From assembly GCA_964409385.1 (NCBI GenBank), contig CAYPCY010000001.1, positions 106,546 to 170,545 on the forward strand: DNA of 64,000 nt. Direction: 5' to 3'. The position numbers and the translations under genes are program-made. This stretch comes from an uncultured Methanosarcinales archaeon. GTDB taxonomy: Archaea; Nanobdellota; Nanobdellia; Woesearchaeales; CAYPCY01. This document shows positions 59,083-64,000 of the stretch, in pieces (position 1 is the first letter of the stretch; every line of letters starts with the position of its first letter). The notes beneath the pieces are model-generated. The model was not told where the DNA came from. It did not search any database and saw only the letters and a list, made by a program, of their open reading frames with translations.

Positions 59083-60258
59083 ATGGGTGTTAAGAGGGAT
59101 AAAGTCCTTATTATGGGGGCTGGAACTGTTGGTAATAGGGCTGCTGATGTTCTCTTAAGTCTTGGTATTACTCCAATTCTTTGCAAGTATGATGCTAATC
59201 CTGATGATTTTAAGACTGATCATATTAATACGATTCTTGAAAGATATCCTGATAAGGATATTGAATTATATGTTGCCAGGGGTAAAAAACTTGAGGAAAG
59301 AATAGAAAATTTCAATACTAATTTCGGAAGATGCGAGGGAAGTATTGATGATCTTGACTTTTCAAGGGTTAAACTAGCTATTGATTCTACTGGTAAGAAA
59401 ATGGATGTCAGGAATTTTCTAGAAATTTATCATCCTAACAATTTAGATTTTGCAATTAATGGTGGTGGGGATGATAAACTAGTCAGGAGTCTTTATTTTG
59501 CTAGCATTCCAGGAACTCCAATTCCTGACAATCAAAAGCTTTACAAGAGAAAGAATGCTAAGATTGTTTCTTGTAATACTCACGCTTTAGCCACTGCTTT
59601 TAATATAGTAAAATCAGTTTTTGGGAAAAAATTCGAGAATAAATTAAGGGATAAAATATTTGTGAATTTTGCCAGGAGGTTTGACGATCCTCATAAGGGA
59701 AGGGCAAAACCTGAATTTGTAACAACTTCTCACAAGCCATACCATATTGAAGAGATTGATTATTTAGTTCCTGAAGTTGCTGGAAAGGTTGACACTTTCT
59801 ATTCTAAATGGCCTACAGAGTTTTTTCATAATCTTACTATAATAATGGATTTTAAGGATGAAATATCTTATGAATTAATTGATGATATTAAGTTAGCTTT
59901 TCAAATGTATCCTAGAAGTATTTTAGTGGAGGATGAGATTAGTCATGAGAGAACTATGGATGCTGCAAGATGGGCTAGGATTGAAGATGCTGACATTCCC
60001 TTCCCTGTTTATATGATTGATAAACTTGGAAATTATAAAATTTGTATTAATGCATTAACTCCCCAGAGAGGAATTGTTTCTCCAAGCACTACTGATTATA
60101 TATTGTTAAGAACTGGATTGATTAAAGGTTTAGACTCTTGGGAGGAAGTTTTTGATCATGTTAATAAGAATGCTAAGTTTAGGAATGAGAATTTCACTCA
60201 TATTAAGGATAGTGTTCAGGATAATTTATTAAATTATGACTTGAGAAAACCTCAATAA
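59083..60258 (+). CDS. type II (archaeal) glyceraldehyde-3-phosphate dehydrogenase-like protein, unusually long (391 aa)
   Basis: MGAGTVGNRAADVL (cf. GYGTIGKRVADAV) and catalytic-Cys context KIVSCNTHALA (cf. VSCNTTGL). Confidence 0.55.
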   Translation: MGVKRDKVLIMGAGTVGNRAADVLLSLGITPILCKYDANPDDFKTDHINTILERYPDKDIELYVARGKKLEERIENFNTNFGRCEGSIDDLDFSRVKLAIDSTGKKMDVRNFLEIYHPNNLDFAINGGGDDKLVRSLYFASIPGTPIPDNQKLYKRKNAKIVSCNTHALATAFNIVKSVFGKKFENKLRDKIFVNFARRFDDPHKGRAKPEFVTTSHKPYHIEEIDYLVPEVAGKVDTFYSKWPTEFFHNLTIIMDFKDEISYELIDDIKLAFQMYPRSILVEDEISHERTMDAARWARIEDADIPFPVYMIDKLGNYKICINALTPQRGIVSPSTTDYILLRTGLIKGLDSWEEVFDHVNKNAKFRNENFTHIKDSVQDNLLNYDLRKPQ

Positions 60259-60289
60259 TCTTTATAATTCTTGAGTCATTATTAATATC

Positions 60290-61447
60290 ATGTTGTATAC
60301 TTTAAAATACATTCCCAGAAATTCTAGTGAGGTTATTGGACAGCCTTTAATAGAACTAAAAAGTTTTATTGAAAATTATAATAAAGGTTATGTTTTGCTT
60401 TCAGGACCTACTGGTGTTGGTAAGACTTCAGCAGTTCATGCTATCGCTAACGAGTTAGATTTAGAAATTGTTGAAATTAATGCTTCTGAAACAAGGAATA
60501 AAAATTCTGTAAATTCTATTATTGGAGTTAGTTTGAAACAACAATCATTATTTTCTAGGGGCAAGGTCATTTTGATTGATGAGATTGATGCTATTTCTGG
60601 AAGGAGTGATTATGGTGGTTTGGCAGCTTTAAAAAAATTAATTTCTAAAAGTTCTTTTCCTGTAGTTTTAACTTGTAATGATGATAGTATTCCTAAACTT
60701 AAAGAATTAAGGAAGAAAGCTGTTAAGATTAACTTCTCTCAAGTTGATTATTTGAGGATTACCGAATTATTAAAGCAAATTTGTTTGAAAGAAAATGTTG
60801 TTTTTGAAGAGCCTGCATTAACTCTTATTGCTAGACGATCTGGTGGTGATATTAGAGCTGCATTGAATGATTTGCAAACCTTAGCAATTTCTGAGTCTGT
60901 GACTGTTGAAGAAGCCCAATTGCTTGATGAGAGGAAACAGGAGAAACAAATTCAGGAGGGTTTGTTTAAAGTTTTCAAGTCTACAGATCCTTCAATATTC
61001 TTGGGTGCTTTTGATGATTTTGACGATTCTGAAATTACTTTATGGTTGGAAGAGAATATTCCTAGAGAGTATGAAGATATTAAAGAGGTTGAGAAAGCTT
61101 TTAATTTCTTGAGCAAGGTTGATGTTTTCAAGGGACGAATTAGAAGAAGACAATACTGGAGATTATTATATTATATTCATCAATTCTTAACTGCAGGAGT
61201 TGCACTTTCTAAAAAAGAAAAGTATAGGAAGCAAGTTGAGTATAAGCGAAGTTTAAGATTATTATTTATTTGGCAGGCTAATATGAAGAATGCTTCTAAG
61301 AAAAAAATGGCTGAAGACTTTTCTGAACATTTACACATTTCTAAAAACAGGTTTTTGAAGGATGTTTATTTTTATTTTAGGATTATGATGGAAAATCCTG
61401 TTTTCTTTAAGACTATTAATGAGGAATTATCTGAGAAAAGAATATAA
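60290..61447 (+). CDS. rfcL: replication factor C large subunit
   Basis: LKYIPRNSSEVIGQ..., LLSGPTGVGKTSAVHAIANEL, VEINASETRNK, ILIDEIDAI, SGGDIRAALNDLQ (sensor 2). Confidence 0.8.
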   Translation: MLYTLKYIPRNSSEVIGQPLIELKSFIENYNKGYVLLSGPTGVGKTSAVHAIANELDLEIVEINASETRNKNSVNSIIGVSLKQQSLFSRGKVILIDEIDAISGRSDYGGLAALKKLISKSSFPVVLTCNDDSIPKLKELRKKAVKINFSQVDYLRITELLKQICLKENVVFEEPALTLIARRSGGDIRAALNDLQTLAISESVTVEEAQLLDERKQEKQIQEGLFKVFKSTDPSIFLGAFDDFDDSEITLWLEENIPREYEDIKEVEKAFNFLSKVDVFKGRIRRRQYWRLLYYIHQFLTAGVALSKKEKYRKQVEYKRSLRLLFIWQANMKNASKKKMAEDFSEHLHISKNRFLKDVYFYFRIMMENPVFFKTINEELSEKRI

Positions 61448-61470
61448 ACTTCATGATAAACTAACTAGCT

Positions 61471-61929
61471 ATGGAAATTATTAAAATTGTTGATTATGAT
61501 CCTGTCTATCTCAAAATTTTTGAAAAGTATGAAAAAATAATTAAAAAAGCACTTCTAAGATCACGAGTTAATCTTATTGGTTCTATTGCTGTTCCTATGT
61601 TGGGAAAGGAAGAGATCGATATTATTGTAGAGGTTGAGAATATTAAAGAGTCCCAGGAAGTATTATCAAAAATCAAATTTGGTAAAGGCCCCATTGTTAA
61701 TGGAACTGGTTATCTTAGGGATTATAGGTTTAATATTGAATGTGAAGTGCATCTTGTTAAATTTAATGATTCTAAAGTTAAGAAAACTTTATCTCTTGTT
61801 AACAAGCTTCAAACTAATGTTTTTTTAAGAAAACAATTTGAAGAATTTAAAAAAAGTTGTGATGGGATTTCTCGTGATGAATACAGAAAAAGGAAAACTG
61901 ATTTTTTAAAAAAGAACAATCTCGTTTAA
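61471..61929 (+). CDS. GrpB/UPF0157-family nucleotidyltransferase-fold protein
   Basis: IVDYDPVYLKIFEKYEKIIKKAL...LIGSIAVPML.KEEIDIIVEV fits the GrpB pattern (dp.W...f..e...i...l...ieHiGSTaVpgl.aKpiiDi). Confidence 0.5.
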   Translation: MEIIKIVDYDPVYLKIFEKYEKIIKKALLRSRVNLIGSIAVPMLGKEEIDIIVEVENIKESQEVLSKIKFGKGPIVNGTGYLRDYRFNIECEVHLVKFNDSKVKKTLSLVNKLQTNVFLRKQFEEFKKSCDGISRDEYRKRKTDFLKKNNLV

Positions 61930-63005
61930 TCAAAAAAGAACCAATTCTCTGAACTAATTGCCCATGCTTGATATACTGGATCGTCCTCTCTTCCTACAAA
62001 AAATCCTGCTTCTGTTGAATAATCACATTCTAGAGGGTTTGCGTCTCTTTCTTCCTTTGTAATTATTACATCTTCAACTTGTACTATTCCTCTAGCTTCA
62101 TATTCTGAAAAGACAGTTTCATCAACTATTTCTAGGAAAGAAACTAATTGTAGTCCTTCTGTCGTATCTATTTCTACTGCTATTTCTCCATGTGCATCTT
62201 CATGTCCTATTGTTCCTATTTCTTGTCCTGCAGTTACTTCCGCCCCACTTTGTATTTCATCAAGTAATTTCACGTGAAAGAATTTTATTCTGAATGCTGT
62301 TTGTTCTGTAGGATGTAGTACAAACTGTGCTTCTTGTCCATACTCGTGTTCTGTATATATTACATCTCTTAATGTTCCGTCTACTGGTGAATAATATTTT
62401 ACTGTCATCCATGGAGGATTATGTGTTCCTCCTGGATCTCCTCCTTTTGCCCAGAAGTAATGTTTCATACTTCGACATTCTTCATCAGTTCCGTAAGAGA
62501 AATCATGTCCATATCCTGAACGTAGTTTTGACATTCTGTCTATCCTGTCCAGTTCTATAAAGTTTGAAGTTGCAAATTTTGGAATTCCTTGACTAATATC
62601 TAGTTGTTCTCCGCCGCCCATTGTTTGCATCATCATTGTCATCATTTCTTGTAATGCATTCTCATCAATCATATCTTCCATTCCCATTTGCATCATTTGT
62701 TCCATGTTAGCAATTGTATTTTCCATGTTCATTATTGCTGATGCTGGCATTTTTGCTTTCATATGTGCAGGCATGTTCTCTAGTATTTGCTTCATTGCAT
62801 CTATTTGTTCTTGAATACTGCTTGTTGTTTCAGGAGTTGTTTCTTCTTCAGTTTCTGGTTCTTCATCAATATCTTCTTGGTCTTCTAAAACTGTTTCTCC
62901 CTGTGCATCATTATCGTCCTCCGGAGCTTCCATATACTTATCTGTAGGTTCTTCTACAGTGCAGGCAGTAAGTAATAAAATTAGAAGTATTATCCTAAAT
63001 TCCAT
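61926..63005 (-). CDS. secreted lipoprotein with an acidic, Met-rich (MxxM-type) region and a C-terminal domain weakly resembling M23/LytM-type folds
   Basis: Signal peptide plus lipobox-like LLLTAC. Acidic linker, then MPAHMKAKMPASAIMNMENTIANMEQMMQMGMEDM...MMTMMMQTMGGG. The C-terminus shows GHDFSYG... and GQEIGTIGHEDAHGEIAVEI. Confidence 0.45.
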   Translation of the reverse strand: MEFRIILLILLLTACTVEEPTDKYMEAPEDDNDAQGETVLEDQEDIDEEPETEEETTPETTSSIQEQIDAMKQILENMPAHMKAKMPASAIMNMENTIANMEQMMQMGMEDMIDENALQEMMTMMMQTMGGGEQLDISQGIPKFATSNFIELDRIDRMSKLRSGYGHDFSYGTDEECRSMKHYFWAKGGDPGGTHNPPWMTVKYYSPVDGTLRDVIYTEHEYGQEAQFVLHPTEQTAFRIKFFHVKLLDEIQSGAEVTAGQEIGTIGHEDAHGEIAVEIDTTEGLQLVSFLEIVDETVFSEYEARGIVQVEDVIITKEERDANPLECDYSTEAGFFVGREDDPVYQAWAISSENWFFFD

Positions 63006-63370
63006 CCTATCATCCCCTCAACACTGAATTCTCCATTCAGCATTAATAATGCTATTAAACAAGCCGTTAGTAACAAGCTTAATTCATAATTTTTAAAAGA
63101 ATCCTTCCATACAAAAACATGATAAATTAATGCTATTAACATTACAATAAGTAATAAAGCAGCTGCTATTTTAGTCATAAACCCTATTAATAAAAATAAT
63201 CCTCCGAAGAACTCTGTAGTTCCTAATATTATCGCCCATAAAGTTACTGGTTTAAACCATCTTAGAGTCATAATAAAATCTTTAGTCTTGTCTAAATTTT
63301 GCAATTTTGGAAATCCGTGCGTTAAGAAGATAATTCCTACAATTAATCTTATTATTAATGATGCAGCCAT
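62990..63370 (-). CDS. DoxX family membrane protein
   Basis: 126 aa with 4 TM helices. LIVGIIFLTHGFPKL and EFFGGLFLLIG are typical of DoxX. Confidence 0.6.
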   Translation of the reverse strand: MAASLIIRLIVGIIFLTHGFPKLQNLDKTKDFIMTLRWFKPVTLWAIILGTTEFFGGLFLLIGFMTKIAAALLLIVMLIALIYHVFVWKDSFKNYELSLLLTACLIALLMLNGEFSVEGMIGWNLG

Positions 63371-63454
63371 GGTATTTCATTAATTAGTTCTTATTTAAAA
63401 CTTTTGAACATAATAAAAAAAATATTTTTATAGTATAAAGTAAAATAAGTAGTC

Positions 63455-63724
63455 ATGGCTAAACAGCATGATCATGATTTTGAAATGATGGCAATAGTTG
63501 CGATTGTTGCAGTGGTTGGTCTTATTATAATGTTTATGAATACTGGAAAAACTTCTACTAGTGAAAACTTGGTTGGACAAGGAATCGGAGCACCAACCTG
63601 TCCACCAAATAGTAATTGTGAGGTTTATTGTGAAGAAGCAGGCGGTTGGGAATGTTCTAATGGTTGGTGCAATTGTATGGTAAAAGGAGTAATTAGTAAG
63701 AATGAACCTTCTTCAGAGAAATAA
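63455..63724 (+). CDS. small membrane-anchored Cys-rich protein (8 Cys in ~45 aa ectodomain)
   Basis: TM helix MMAIVAIVAVVGLIIMF, then CPPNSNCEVYCEEAGGWECSNGWCNCMVKG. Confidence 0.35.
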   Translation: MAKQHDHDFEMMAIVAIVAVVGLIIMFMNTGKTSTSENLVGQGIGAPTCPPNSNCEVYCEEAGGWECSNGWCNCMVKGVISKNEPSSEK

Positions 63725-63730
63725 TACTTA

Positions 63731-64000
63731 TTAATATTTTTTAGAAATCTTTTCAATCTTATAAACTCCTGTATTCTCACTTTCCATTATTATTTCTCCT
63801 TCTTTAATTATAATTTTCTTCTTAAAACAAGGACCATTAAGAACTAGAGTCTCAAACTCTCCACCCTCTCCTGCAATATTCAATCCTATCTTATTATTTA
63901 ATTCTACCAACTTATCAACATCTTCTTCCATTATTTTCCTTCCCAGCCAGGTCTTATCAAGACCCTCTGCTGCTACACTGCTCATTATAATCTCGAATTC
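63731..64000 (-). CDS. PP-loop ATPase of the MJ0570/Dph6 (diphthine-ammonia ligase-like) family, C-terminal part; the gene continues beyond the window end
   Basis: GEGGEFETLVLNGPCFKK matches the family's conserved EGGEYET.VlD.P.F block. The frame stays open to the window edge. Confidence 0.45.
   Translation of the reverse strand, partial: EFEIIMSSVAAEGLDKTWLGRKIMEEDVDKLVELNNKIGLNIAGEGGEFETLVLNGPCFKKKIIIKEGEIIMESENTGVYKIEKISKKY

Noticed and set aside
1-64000. CRISPR arrays, rRNA genes, integrase/transposase genes
   Set aside because: No regularly spaced direct repeats, no rRNA-like conserved stretches, and no ORF with an integrase (R..H..R..Y) or DDE transposase signature were seen in any frame. 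The att-like repeats therefore appear to be scars without a resident recombinase.

Overview
This is a very AT-rich window of roughly 30% GC, densely coding on both strands. The gene content points to a small-genome archaeon, most likely of the DPANN type. Supporting this: intron-containing tRNAs with RtcB ligase and archease encoded nearby, archaeal-type LeuRS, PheRS alpha/beta and ValRS, an RFC large subunit, an archaeal-type GAPDH-like gene, and a pilin-like protein with a class III signal peptide. No rRNA genes or CRISPR arrays are present.

Main blocks, in order:
- 1–5.5 kb: a partial Glu/Leu/Phe/Val dehydrogenase, three tRNAs (Ile and Asn with introns, Thr without), and a 2.4-kb segment (634-aa hypothetical plus a DUF212/PAP2 membrane protein) bounded by tRNAs, tRNA-end duplications and inverted repeats.
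- 5.5–10.4 kb: a surface/contact cluster. It holds a pilin-like protein whose Cys/Asp-rich metal-binding-motif half sits behind a single in-frame TAG, an ArsC-family protein, two tandem ExeA/GspA-like AAA ATPases, and an orphan RelE/ParE toxin.
- 10.4–11.1 kb: adenylate kinase.
- 11.1–26.7 kb: a single 15.7-kb gene encoding a 5218-aa, heavily N-sequon-decorated surface protein with LamG/ConA-like and Gly-rich modules, a single TM helix and a cytoplasmic HerA/FtsK-type ATPase tail. This is the most unusual feature of the window.
- 26.8–29.9 kb: two coiled-coil proteins and an MNT/HEPN pair.
- 29.9–40.8 kb: a translation block (leuS, pheS, pheT, serS, rtcB, archease) plus a GT2 glycosyltransferase and an epimerase.
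- 40.9–41.5 kb: a GC-rich structured noncoding element beside a decayed PLP-enzyme fragment.
- 41.6–48.8 kb: a seven-gene glycogen operon (GDE, GalT-like, GT3 glycogen synthase, GH57, GT4/5 synthase) with a winged-helix regulator and operator-like palindrome at its divergent promoter.
- 48.9–64 kb: DHH phosphoesterase, E1-like ThiF/MoeB, a CYTH gene broken by one in-frame TGA, a ThiI PP-loop protein, cysS, a Crp-like regulator, MazG, valS, GAPDH-like, rfcL, GrpB, a Met-rich secreted lipoprotein, DoxX and a Dph6-like fragment.
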